DNA from: Solirubrobacterales bacterium
Lineage (GTDB): Bacteria > Actinomycetota > Thermoleophilia > Solirubrobacterales > 70-9
Assembly (NCBI GenBank): GCA_965200635.1
Contig: OZ241364.1
Location: 990,094-1,054,093 of the forward strand
Direction: 5' to 3'
DNA length: 64,000 nt
A program made the translations under genes and the position numbers. Positions 26,819 through 35,468 of the stretch are shown in pieces. Below the pieces are notes generated by a model. That model had not been told where the DNA came from, did no database searches, and was given only the letters and a program-made list of their open reading frames with translations. The first letter of the stretch is position 1, and each line of letters begins with the position of its first letter.

Positions 26819-28372
26819 TTACTTTCTAGCTACCACGAGTGCCTCACGCGCACTTCCCCCCTTGACGTTCTTTGGGCGGAGATCCCGCGCAGATACGACT
26901 TCAACGTCGGAAAAGCCGATCTCGATTGCGAAGTGAGCCAGCAGAACATCGGTTAACACGGGTAGCCGCCACAACTCTTGCCAACCAGATTCTGCCTCTC
27001 CCTTTTCTCGCCTGGAGAAGGTTGAGTTGGCGACAACGCAGACCAAAAGACCCCCCGCACGAAGCAAACGGAATTGTTCCTGAAACACCTTGAACATGTC
27101 TTCAAAGTACTGGCGGACAACAACCCCATCAGCCTTCCGCCGAGCTTCCGTCGTCAGCCAATCTTCCAATCCCTCGGCTAGGTCGGTGGCACGGCTTCCA
27201 CCCTTTGGAAAATGGGCCGTTTGCGAGAACCGCACGGACGGATGACTTCTCAAGGTCCCTCTGCGAGTTGATCGGAAAGACTCCGCCGAAACGACATGCT
27301 CCATCAGCCATAGCTCCAGCTTGTAAATCTCGCTGTAGTCGATGCAATTTAGGTATGGCGGCGAGAAGAGCGATAGATCTGCCCAACCTTCCGGGAATGC
27401 AAGTTCTCCGGAGCCCAGCTCCAGCGCTCCGAGGTCTCGTGCATCTCCCGCGACGTGAAGCGCAGAGGTTTGGGCCGCCTTCCCTCGCTGGTCAGCGACC
27501 TCTTCAAGGTCAGCGATCATGGCCGACCACTGACTCGCCAAAGCATCTTTAACGGGACCCCTTGGCGATCCCTGCCCAAGCGAGCCCGCCAAAGAATTGG
27601 CACGGCGAGTTCGGCTTCTCTTGATGCGCAAAGCCCGACCATCCTTCATCGTCCCCGAAAGATCCTCGATCACTGCCGCAAGTCCGAGGAGGAAGAAGTC
27701 GATCTCAAGCTGTGACGCGCCGGGCAGCGCTCGGAGGTGGTCGCGGGCAGCTATGAGAGCTCTGAGGCGCGGGCGGGAGAACACCTCCGGCCGCGAGAGA
27801 GTCGAAAGCTCTGGAATCACGACCGTCTGCTGATGGTCATAGGCAAGAGCAGGCTCCAGGAGCGCTCTTAGTCTCAGCGTGTCTAACTGAGGCCAATTGA
27901 GCTTCGTTGCGCCGACAAAGTGTGCAAACGGCGAATACTCGACACTTCTAACCTCGCTCACTAAGTCATGTTCCATCCCAGCTAGTGCCGTGGTCCCGAC
28001 GCCGCCGAAGACGTCGGCCACTCGCAAGTTATCCGAGAGCGAAAACTCGGCGATCACGGCACTCAGCAAAGTTGGCGAAAAGCCCTCCTTGTAGGTAAAC
28101 CAACGATGGATCGGAGTGGACCGTAGATCCTCCGACCCGACCAGAGAGCCGAATACGTGCCGTCTGTCCCGGATGCGCAACTCGGACTCAAGCTCCGAAC
28201 TCGCCTTCCGCAACCTATGCCAGCGAAGCAAATCGACTTTGCCATCCGGTCTGCTCCACCCGTCGTCAGTCCTTGCCAGCATTGGCTCGACAGCGACTCC
28301 ATGATGACGGCCCTCATCGTCCCACGCAGACTCGGAAAATGGTCCCCCTCTCTCTTGCTCGACCTCGCTCAT
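26819..28372 (-). CDS. DNA amino-methyltransferase (N6-A or N4-C), alpha-type motif order
   Basis: Motif I VADVFGGVGTTA is about 225 aa upstream of motif IV FSPPYLNCIDY. One of the most AT-rich-looking coding stretches in the window. Confidence 0.82.
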   Translation of the reverse strand: MSEVEQERGGPFSESAWDDEGRHHGVAVEPMLARTDDGWSRPDGKVDLLRWHRLRKASSELESELRIRDRRHVFGSLVGSEDLRSTPIHRWFTYKEGFSPTLLSAVIAEFSLSDNLRVADVFGGVGTTALAGMEHDLVSEVRSVEYSPFAHFVGATKLNWPQLDTLRLRALLEPALAYDHQQTVVIPELSTLSRPEVFSRPRLRALIAARDHLRALPGASQLEIDFFLLGLAAVIEDLSGTMKDGRALRIKRSRTRRANSLAGSLGQGSPRGPVKDALASQWSAMIADLEEVADQRGKAAQTSALHVAGDARDLGALELGSGELAFPEGWADLSLFSPPYLNCIDYSEIYKLELWLMEHVVSAESFRSTRRGTLRSHPSVRFSQTAHFPKGGSRATDLAEGLEDWLTTEARRKADGVVVRQYFEDMFKVFQEQFRLLRAGGLLVCVVANSTFSRREKGEAESGWQELWRLPVLTDVLLAHFAIEIGFSDVEVVSARDLRPKNVKGGSAREALVVARK

Positions 28373-28555
28373 AGGTTCAGAGCCGGAGGCGCATGCCTAG
28401 CGCGCCCCGCGAGGTCATCCCGATATCGCATCGAGGGCTCTCGGAGCCTGAGAGATCGACGACGAAGATAGCCTCCCACAGCGAGGCAGCACCCTCCGGA
28501 TCGCCGGGATCTTTCACGCAGGGGAGGCGTCGCGTGGCTCGGACTAACAGCATGG

Positions 28556-29623
28556 CTAGCCAGCGAGAAGCTTCGGCTCAAGCCAGAATCGGCGGGGCTC
28601 ACGGAAATCCGAACGCTCGGCCTCATAGTCGGGGTTGTATTCGATCTCCGCGTCGCGGAACGCAACGGCGTCGTCGTCCGAGATCTCAGCGGGCACCGCT
28701 TTGACGTTGGCTCGGCGGGCGTCGTAGACGACCAAGTAGCCCTCAGTCTCAAGATCTGGCGTTCGCTGCTTGTTCTCCTCCAGATAATCGGCGAGCTGCT
28801 TTGCGCCCGCTCTCGGACGAGCCGGAGCGCCATACGAGGTCGCAAGCTCGGTGCCATCAGTGCTAACGCTCTGTCCAAGCCACTTGATCTCGATCAGCGA
28901 GAGCTGGGCGGAAAGACTCCATTTGACCTTGATATCGATGGGCTGGGTCTCGCTGACGTTCTGCTCCTCTCTGACTTCTGCGTGATCGCGAAGGGTAGTT
29001 TCGAGGTGCTGAGCCAAGGACCCGCGCATGATCTTCTCCGGTTTGTTGACCAGAAAAACATGGCGACTGTCATGCCATGCTTGGCGCAGGAGGTGACAGG
29101 TCGACCAGCGAGCCTGCTCCCGTTCGTAATAGTCGAGCGCTTTGGCGAGTGCAAAAAAGGTCGGAGGGGCGATCGCACTTGGATGACCATTGGGGTTTCG
29201 GACCGTTTGGAAGGTGCCTTCGATCAGAAAGAACTCGCCACTCTCGCGCCAGAGATAGACGACTGCACTTTCGTCGAAACCCTTGAGAGTCGCTTTTTCC
29301 GGCACCCCGGGCCAGGCCCACAAGGTGCCGTTGGGCATCACCTGGACAACACCACCTCCGCCGACAACCTCAGCAAGAGCCTCGGCGTTGGTCTCAATCC
29401 CCTCATCTTCCCAATCGAGCGGATCTCCATCGACAGTCGCCAGGACGGTGAGGCCGCCGCCGAACTCCTCAGCTGACCGATGCCGATAAATACGCCGAAC
29501 GGCGATTAAGAGCTCCTTGAGCCGATCGGCCCCGGCGCTACCGTGTTGGCGGACGATGCGGGGCGTGAAGATTTCCTCGATAATTTGCCGCATCTCGTCA
29601 GGATCGAACTTCGGCTCGCTCAC
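28556..29623 (-). CDS. predicted PD-(D/E)XK nuclease-fold effector of the ABC-3C-like triad
   Basis: E..TQPIDIKVKW-x9-SLIEIKWL (D...E.K). GTGA overlap with the preceding gene. Confidence 0.55.
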   Translation of the reverse strand: MSEPKFDPDEMRQIIEEIFTPRIVRQHGSAGADRLKELLIAVRRIYRHRSAEEFGGGLTVLATVDGDPLDWEDEGIETNAEALAEVVGGGGVVQVMPNGTLWAWPGVPEKATLKGFDESAVVYLWRESGEFFLIEGTFQTVRNPNGHPSAIAPPTFFALAKALDYYEREQARWSTCHLLRQAWHDSRHVFLVNKPEKIMRGSLAQHLETTLRDHAEVREEQNVSETQPIDIKVKWSLSAQLSLIEIKWLGQSVSTDGTELATSYGAPARPRAGAKQLADYLEENKQRTPDLETEGYLVVYDARRANVKAVPAEISDDDAVAFRDAEIEYNPDYEAERSDFREPRRFWLEPKLLAG

Positions 29624-30228
29624 ACCACCTCCGCCTCCTCGGGCAGACGACGGGCCAGATAGGTGAGCCAGACCACAGCAGGAACCATCAAGTCGTCTGC
29701 TGCGTCATCACCCGCGAGCGCCTCATTGAGCGCGTCAAATTGGCTCTCCAACAGTGCGAGACCAGCCTCATCGAGAAGTTCCTGGGTCCTTACGAAGCGC
29801 AGCGCCCGCCGAAGGCCCGGCTCTCGACCGAGCGCTCCGGCAAGCGACGGGAGCGGCATTGCAAGGGCGGCGCCGGCGGCGGCGTCGAGGTAGGGAAGCC
29901 GACGAGCGTTGAGCTGCATCTCGCTGATTTGGCCAAGGTCAGCGCGACCGAGATCGGTGATCGTCCAAACCTCCTCGCCACGCTCAATCAAGCCGCTGTT
30001 GCGGGCGCGGTTCTGAGCCTTCGAGAGGTAGTAGGAAAAAGGCGCACCGGTCCGGGTAGCCGTGAATTTGTAGCCCCACCACTCCGGCCGGCGGCCGTCA
30101 AAAACAGCAAGCAGGCAAGCGAGATAGGCGAGAGTCTGAAGCTCGCCGTCGGTCATTCCCGCTGAGGCCTCCGTCTGCATCGCCGCGATCTGGAGAAGGT
30201 CAAATTCGGCGAGCGCCTGCTCGCTCAC
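29620..30228 (-). CDS. small helical protein in the 'middle component' position of an ABC-3C-like triad
   Basis: 202 aa with no catalytic motif. GTGA overlaps on both sides tie it to the ATPase and the nuclease genes. Confidence 0.45.
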   Translation of the reverse strand: MSEQALAEFDLLQIAAMQTEASAGMTDGELQTLAYLACLLAVFDGRRPEWWGYKFTATRTGAPFSYYLSKAQNRARNSGLIERGEEVWTITDLGRADLGQISEMQLNARRLPYLDAAAGAALAMPLPSLAGALGREPGLRRALRFVRTQELLDEAGLALLESQFDALNEALAGDDAADDLMVPAVVWLTYLARRLPEEAEVV

Positions 30229-32192
30229 TGGGCGGCCCCGAGTTTCTGCTCGATCGCCGCGTACGCCCTCTCGAAGAGCTCCTCGTGTCCTTGCTGAACC
30301 TCGGTCAGATAGGTCCAGCTGGTCATCCTCACCAGCTTCATCCGTTTGTCGCCGCAGCGCTCGGCTAGGCGAAGCAGTAGCTCGGAGGTGTTGATGTTTG
30401 CGGTCATGAGCAGCTGACCGCCACCTTCGACGAAGCTCGCGAACATCTCCCCTGCCTGATTCTCGTAGGCGATGTCGAGCGAGCCCTCGGGGGTGTCCAC
30501 GTAGAGGAACGCACCTCCCGATGCCGCCCCTAGCCTCTCTGCCAGTGCCATACGAAGCGCGATGTCAAGAAAGAACCGTTGGCTCTCAGAGAGCTCGTCG
30601 GGAGATCGGCGATCGGATTGCGCGAGAACCAGACGCAGGCGCAGTTTCGAAGAATGGATCTCCAGATCTATTTCCAGCTCAATCCCAAGAAAGAGATGGG
30701 CCAGCTCTTGAAAGCGAGGGACAAATTCATCCTCAACCGCCGCATAGGCCTCCATCAACTCCGCGTGGAGCACCGAGACGGCGGCTTTTGCCTCTTCGCG
30801 ACGCTCGCGCTCGCGGGCTTTGCGCTCCATCAGTTGGGCAATCTGGTTGCGAAGGCCGGCGGTCGCGCTATCCACTCCGAAGTCTTCGACCGAGCGACGA
30901 GCCAGAGCTAGTGAATTTGCCTTCTTGAAGCCGTCGAGCTGGGCCGTTGACTCGCGAAGAGCGCGGTCGGCGTCATCCGCTTCGGTACGCAGTCGCGACA
31001 CTGCGCCCTGCTGGACCTCAAGATCGCCCTCAAGGGCCACAATCCTCTCCGAGCTCTCGGCTATCTCGGCAATCAGTGCCGCATCCTCATCGGCGCTCTC
31101 GGCGGGGAGGTCAGACCCGCACAGAGGACAGAAGCCCTCTTTGAGGCGACCGGCGACCTCGGAAGCTACCTCGGGGCCGTTCGCACCGCAGATTCCACAG
31201 GACCCGCGGTCCACTGCGTCCACGACTATTGGGTGTGAATGCGTATGACGTCGCGTTTTGAGTCGGTCGGCGAAGAGTCGGTCATAACGCGCCTGCTCAG
31301 CACGCATCTTGGCGCCGGAGTCGGCCAGTCGGACTTGAGCGTCGCGCCAGTCCGTTTCGAGCCTCTCGAAATGGTCTGCACAGTCTTCGAGACGTTCCTC
31401 CAGTCGTTTGTGCTCATGCTGCAGGTCTTGGTCTCCAGCATCTTTCCCGCTGATTGCCCGTTCGAGCGCCTCTAGTTCGCGACGCACGCCAGTGGCCTGC
31501 CACTGGAGGTTTCGGACCAGCGAGTCAGCCGAGTCGATCCTTTTCTGCTGGCGCTCCAGCTGGCTCGTCTGATCGGCGGAGATTCCAAAAGCCAGATAGA
31601 GGGCGGTTTCCGCAACCCGCTCGTCCCAGAACAGCAGACGGCGCTCCTCGTCGAACGTAAGTACCAGCAGCTGCAGAAAGACCAGCTGGGAGAAATCGTC
31701 AAGACCGGTGTCAGCCAGGACGGCTTTTTCGTAGGCGCGGTGGCGCTGCGCATCATCAAAGGCAGAGTCGTCGTAGGTCGTTACTTGGCCGTCCGGCTCC
31801 GTGATTTCGAGCTCTCGCAAGCCCTGAGTCGCAAACATGCCGCGCACGATGCGATAGGCGCGCTCCCCAATTGTCATCTCTAACGCGACTTGGGCGGCGC
31901 CGTGGTCCTCCGAACTGATCCGTCCGGAGAAGTAGGTGGAGGAATAAGAAAGGAGGTCTTCGTAGTAGCTGCCGTACCGAACAAAGTTTTTCTCTGCCTC
32001 GGCCACGACACCGCAGATACCGAAGTTGATCGCCGAGAGAAAGGTTGACTTCCCGAGCCCGTTAGCTCCTGCGAGACAGAAGACGGGCTTGTCGAAGTCG
32101 GCCTCTACCCGTTTGGTTCGGGCGTAGAGAGAGAACTGTTCGAGCACAACGCGGGTTGGCTTGGGCATCCGTAGTCCGGTCGTTCCGCTCAC
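30225..32192 (-). CDS. Rad50/SMC-like ABC ATPase with coiled-coil insert carrying a CxxC-x19-CxxC zinc ribbon
   Basis: Walker A GANGLGKST, signature LSESQRF, Walker B/D-loop FLYVDTPEGSLD. CGICG...CPLCG sits inside a heptad-rich middle region. The start may be the Met at 32168. Confidence 0.82.
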   Translation of the reverse strand: MSGTTGLRMPKPTRVVLEQFSLYARTKRVEADFDKPVFCLAGANGLGKSTFLSAINFGICGVVAEAEKNFVRYGSYYEDLLSYSSTYFSGRISSEDHGAAQVALEMTIGERAYRIVRGMFATQGLRELEITEPDGQVTTYDDSAFDDAQRHRAYEKAVLADTGLDDFSQLVFLQLLVLTFDEERRLLFWDERVAETALYLAFGISADQTSQLERQQKRIDSADSLVRNLQWQATGVRRELEALERAISGKDAGDQDLQHEHKRLEERLEDCADHFERLETDWRDAQVRLADSGAKMRAEQARYDRLFADRLKTRRHTHSHPIVVDAVDRGSCGICGANGPEVASEVAGRLKEGFCPLCGSDLPAESADEDAALIAEIAESSERIVALEGDLEVQQGAVSRLRTEADDADRALRESTAQLDGFKKANSLALARRSVEDFGVDSATAGLRNQIAQLMERKARERERREEAKAAVSVLHAELMEAYAAVEDEFVPRFQELAHLFLGIELEIDLEIHSSKLRLRLVLAQSDRRSPDELSESQRFFLDIALRMALAERLGAASGGAFLYVDTPEGSLDIAYENQAGEMFASFVEGGGQLLMTANINTSELLLRLAERCGDKRMKLVRMTSWTYLTEVQQGHEELFERAYAAIEQKLGAAQ

Positions 32193-32369
32193 CGCCGGAA
32201 CCTACCAGTGGCGTTCCTAGAATTACGCACGACGGGAGCGAGGGCCTAACCTCCAGTCAGTTCTGTGCTGATGTCGCCGTCAAACACGGCCTTCGTGGGA
32301 GACCGCTGTCTTCAGACAGTGCCGGGAGACGAGGCAGAAGCGGGACTTTGCTTGGAGGCGAGGTATGCA

Positions 32370-32945
32370 CTAGCCGATCTCCTGCCGTACGACCTTGTAG
32401 CCGCCGCCCATCGCATGGACGTAGCGAGCGAGCATCGTCTCGACCCGATGCCCCGCTATTTCGGCAAGATCGGCATCGTTGACGCCGGCGGCGCGTAGGT
32501 GGGTGACGTACGAGTGGCGGCACTCATGAGGGCGAATATCGAGACCGGAGGCTTGCTGGGCCGGACCCCAGACATCCCGATAGAAGTTTCGCTCGCGCCA
32601 CATCCGACTTCACGGAGTCGTGAAAATGAACTCGCAGGTTGGGCCATTGAGGTTGATTTCTGCTTCGAGCATCCAGGCGAGGGTCGCGGGAACCGGGACG
32701 ACGCGGCCGGCGCCCTCCTCGCCGTGGTCCGTCTTGGTGCCCTCCAGGATCGTCCCCTCGTGGGCCGATCGGTGAGCTGGCGAAGCTCTCCGAGAAGGTC
32801 GGATAGAAGCGACCGTAGGTCTCAGAAAAAGCGACGAGGATGAGACGGAGACTCTCCGGAACGGACCGGAACCGAGTGGACTCCACCGGAACGCATCGGC
32901 GACCCGCAACCGAAGACTTGGCTCTGCACCGGACAATCCCGGCAC
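32370..32945 (-). pseudogene. tyrosine recombinase (phage-type integrase) remnant, N-terminally truncated and frameshifted
   Basis: The C-terminal catalytic region RPHECRHSYVTHL...MLARYVH (32370-32603) is in one frame. The box-I-like GTKTDHGEEGAGRVVPVPATL is in another frame (32610-32945). Only about 20 nt separate it from the tRNA 3' end. Confidence 0.72.
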
Positions 32946-32964
32946 CGCCCGGAACGACGAGGAA

Positions 32965-33060
32965 TGCGCCCGACCAGATTCGAACTGGCGACCTTCGGCT
33001 TGAAAGACCGACGCTCTTTGGGCCCCCGGAGGGACCCGTTGACCGCTGAGCTACGGGCGC
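32965..33060 (-). tRNA. tRNA-Glu(UUC) with an insertion of about 24 nt in the D-loop (96 nt; functional status uncertain)
   Basis: Manual cloverleaf: acceptor GCGCCCG/CGGGCGC, D-stem GCTC/GAGC, anticodon arm TCGGT-CTTTCAA-GCCGA, variable loop AGGTC, T-arm GCCAG-TTCGAAT-CTGGT. The D-loop is 31 nt and includes the hairpin GGGTCCCTCCGGGGGCCC. No encoded CCA. Confidence 0.65.
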
Positions 33061-33179
33061 TTGGCATCGGAACGATAGCTGCGCAGCGGGTTCTGAGCGT
33101 TGCGGGGTCGCGGCTTTAGTTGACGGGCCTTCGTTTCGGGGTTCGGCAGGCCGGCAACCCCGCGGCGTAGGCTCCGCAC

Positions 33180-33932
33180 ATGGACTTGGGACTGGACGGA
33201 CGCGTCGCGCTGGTGATGGGCGCGAGCAAGGGGATCGGGCGCGGCATCGCGGAGTCGCTGGCGCGCGAGGGGGCGAAGGTGGCGATCGCGAGCCGGAGCC
33301 GCGAGCGGCTCGACGCGGTGGTAGAAGAGCTCGGCCGAGACGTGACCGCGTTCGTCGCCGACGCCGGCGATCTCGACCGCCTGGCGGAGCTGCCCGCTGA
33401 GGTCGAGGCGGCGCTCGGGCCGATCGACATCCTCGTCGCCAACTCCGGCGGGCCGCCGCCGGGACGGGCGCTCGACAACTCGGTCGAGGAGTGGGAAGAG
33501 GCTTACCGTTCGCTGGTGCTCGGCGTGCGGGTGCTGGTCGAAGGGGTGCTGCCGGGGATGCGGGAGCGGGGCTGGGGACGGATCGTCAACGTCGGCTCCA
33601 ACTCGACCGTCGAGCCGATCCCGACCCTCGCGATCTCCAACTCGGTCCGCCTGGCGGCGGTCGGGTTCCTGAAGACGCTCTCGCGCGAGGTCGCGGCCGA
33701 CGGGGTCACCGTCAACACCGTCGTCACCGGCACATTCGCCACCGACCGGCTGGCCGAGACCGAGGGGTCGATGGAGAACGCCGAGCGCAGCGCGCGCGAG
33801 ACGGTCCCGGCAAAACGCCTCGGCCTCCCGGAGGAGTTCGGCGACCTCGTCGCCTTCCTCGCGAGCGACCGCGCCGCCTACATCACCGGGACGACGATCC
33901 CGATCGACGGCGGATTGCTGCGCTCAGTCTGA
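33180..33932 (+). CDS. SDR-family oxidoreductase (FabG-like)
   Basis: GASKGIGRGIAESLAREGAKVAI (TGxxxGxG-type). IVNVGS... Confidence 0.85.
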   Translation: MDLGLDGRVALVMGASKGIGRGIAESLAREGAKVAIASRSRERLDAVVEELGRDVTAFVADAGDLDRLAELPAEVEAALGPIDILVANSGGPPPGRALDNSVEEWEEAYRSLVLGVRVLVEGVLPGMRERGWGRIVNVGSNSTVEPIPTLAISNSVRLAAVGFLKTLSREVAADGVTVNTVVTGTFATDRLAETEGSMENAERSARETVPAKRLGLPEEFGDLVAFLASDRAAYITGTTIPIDGGLLRSV

Positions 33933-35468
33933 GGACTTCAGCTCGCGCATCGCCGGGTAGATGATCACGTCGCGCAGGGTCTTGGCCCCGGTCATGATCA
34001 TCAGCAGGCGGTCGATGCCAAGGCCCACGCCGGACGCCGGCGGCATGCCGTATTCGAGCGCGCGCACGAACTCTTCGTCGGTCGGGTGCGGATCTTCCTC
34101 CGCCCCGGACTCCTGACGTTCGCGCTGGCCGACGAAGCGCTCGCGCTGTTCGACCGGGTCGTTGATGTCGGTCCCGCCGCCGAGGATCTCGAGGCCGGCG
34201 ACGATGCCGTCGAACGCCTCGCACACCTTCGGGTCGTCGGGGTGGTGCTTCACCAGCGGCCAGATGTCGATCGGCAGCACGGTGATGAAGGTCGGCTGGA
34301 TCAGCTTCGGCTCGACGATCTTGCCCTGCAGCGTGTCGACCAGGCCCGCCCAGTCGTCGTCGGGATCGGCGTCGTCGCCGGCCAGCTCGGCCAGCTCGTC
34401 GCGGCTCGCCTTGTAGATGTCGACGCCGGTCTCCTCGAGGATCTCGTCGCGCAGGACGACCCGCGGCCACGGCGTCTTGAAGTCGATCTCGACCCCGTCG
34501 CGCTCGACCACCGTCGTCCCCATCACCTTCTCGACCACGGAGGAGACGAGGTTCTCCTGGAACTCCATCACGCCGATCCAGTCGGCGCCGCCGACGAACA
34601 TCTCGAGCATCGTGAACTCGGGATTGTGGTTCGGGGACATGCCCTCGTTGCGGAAGAACTTGCCGAACTCGTAGACGTCCTCGAACCCGCCGACGATCGC
34701 CCGCTTCAGGTAGAGCTCGGTCGCCGTGCGCAGGAAGAGGTCGCGGTCGAGCGCGTTGTGGTGGGTGACGAACGGACGCGCCGCGGCGCCGCCGGTGAGC
34801 CGCTGGAGGATCGGCGTTTCCAGCTCGACCCAGCCGCGCTCGTGCATGTACTCGCGGATCGCGAAGGTCAGCTCGGAGCGCTTCTTGAAGACCTCCCGCG
34901 AGGGCTCGTTGGCGATCAGGTCGAGCTCCCGCTGGCGGTAGCGCACCTCCGGGTCTTTGATCCCGTGGAAGAGGTCGGGCGGGTCTTTCAGCGCCGGCGC
35001 CAGCAGCGTGCAGGTGTCGACGCTGACCGCGAGCTCCCCGCGTTTGGTCCGGTAGAGGACGCCCTCGATCCCGACGATGTCGGCGAGGTCCAGTTCTTCG
35101 ATCCGCTCGAAGGCCTCCTCGCCGAGCTTGTCGCGCCGGGCGAAGGCCTGGATCGAGCCGGTCACGTCGCGGACGTCGAAGAAGACGACCTTGCCGTGCC
35201 CCCGTCGGCCGGTGACCCGGCCCATGATCCGGTAGCGGAACTCGGGATGCTCGCCCTCCTCCAGCGCCGCCGGATCGTGCGCGGCGAGGATGTCGGCGGC
35301 ATGATCGCGCGGCAGGAAGTTGTGCGGGTAGGGATTGATCCCTTCCGCTTTCAGCCGCTCCACCTTGGCGCGGCGATTCGCCTCGCTCGCGCCCGACGTA
35401 TCCGCCGAGCGGTCCCCCTTGGCCGGCGCCTCAGGCGCCGCGTCCTGCCCCGATGGCTCCTCGGTCAC
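33924..35468 (-). CDS. lysS: lysine--tRNA ligase, class II
   Basis: NPYPHNF, OB-fold plus class II core motifs (FRNEGMSPNHNPEFTMLE, GGLGIDRLLM-type GLGIDRLLMI). Confidence 0.95.
   Translation of the reverse strand: MTEEPSGQDAAPEAPAKGDRSADTSGASEANRRAKVERLKAEGINPYPHNFLPRDHAADILAAHDPAALEEGEHPEFRYRIMGRVTGRRGHGKVVFFDVRDVTGSIQAFARRDKLGEEAFERIEELDLADIVGIEGVLYRTKRGELAVSVDTCTLLAPALKDPPDLFHGIKDPEVRYRQRELDLIANEPSREVFKKRSELTFAIREYMHERGWVELETPILQRLTGGAAARPFVTHHNALDRDLFLRTATELYLKRAIVGGFEDVYEFGKFFRNEGMSPNHNPEFTMLEMFVGGADWIGVMEFQENLVSSVVEKVMGTTVVERDGVEIDFKTPWPRVVLRDEILEETGVDIYKASRDELAELAGDDADPDDDWAGLVDTLQGKIVEPKLIQPTFITVLPIDIWPLVKHHPDDPKVCEAFDGIVAGLEILGGGTDINDPVEQRERFVGQRERQESGAEEDPHPTDEEFVRALEYGMPPASGVGLGIDRLLMIMTGAKTLRDVIIYPAMRELKSSD

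Noticed and set aside
33116-33478. 120-aa minus-strand ORF between the tRNA and the SDR gene. Considered as a possible island-border gene.
   Set aside because: It lies antisense to the SDR gene's 5' half, has a Ser/Ala/Arg-rich composition and contains no motif.
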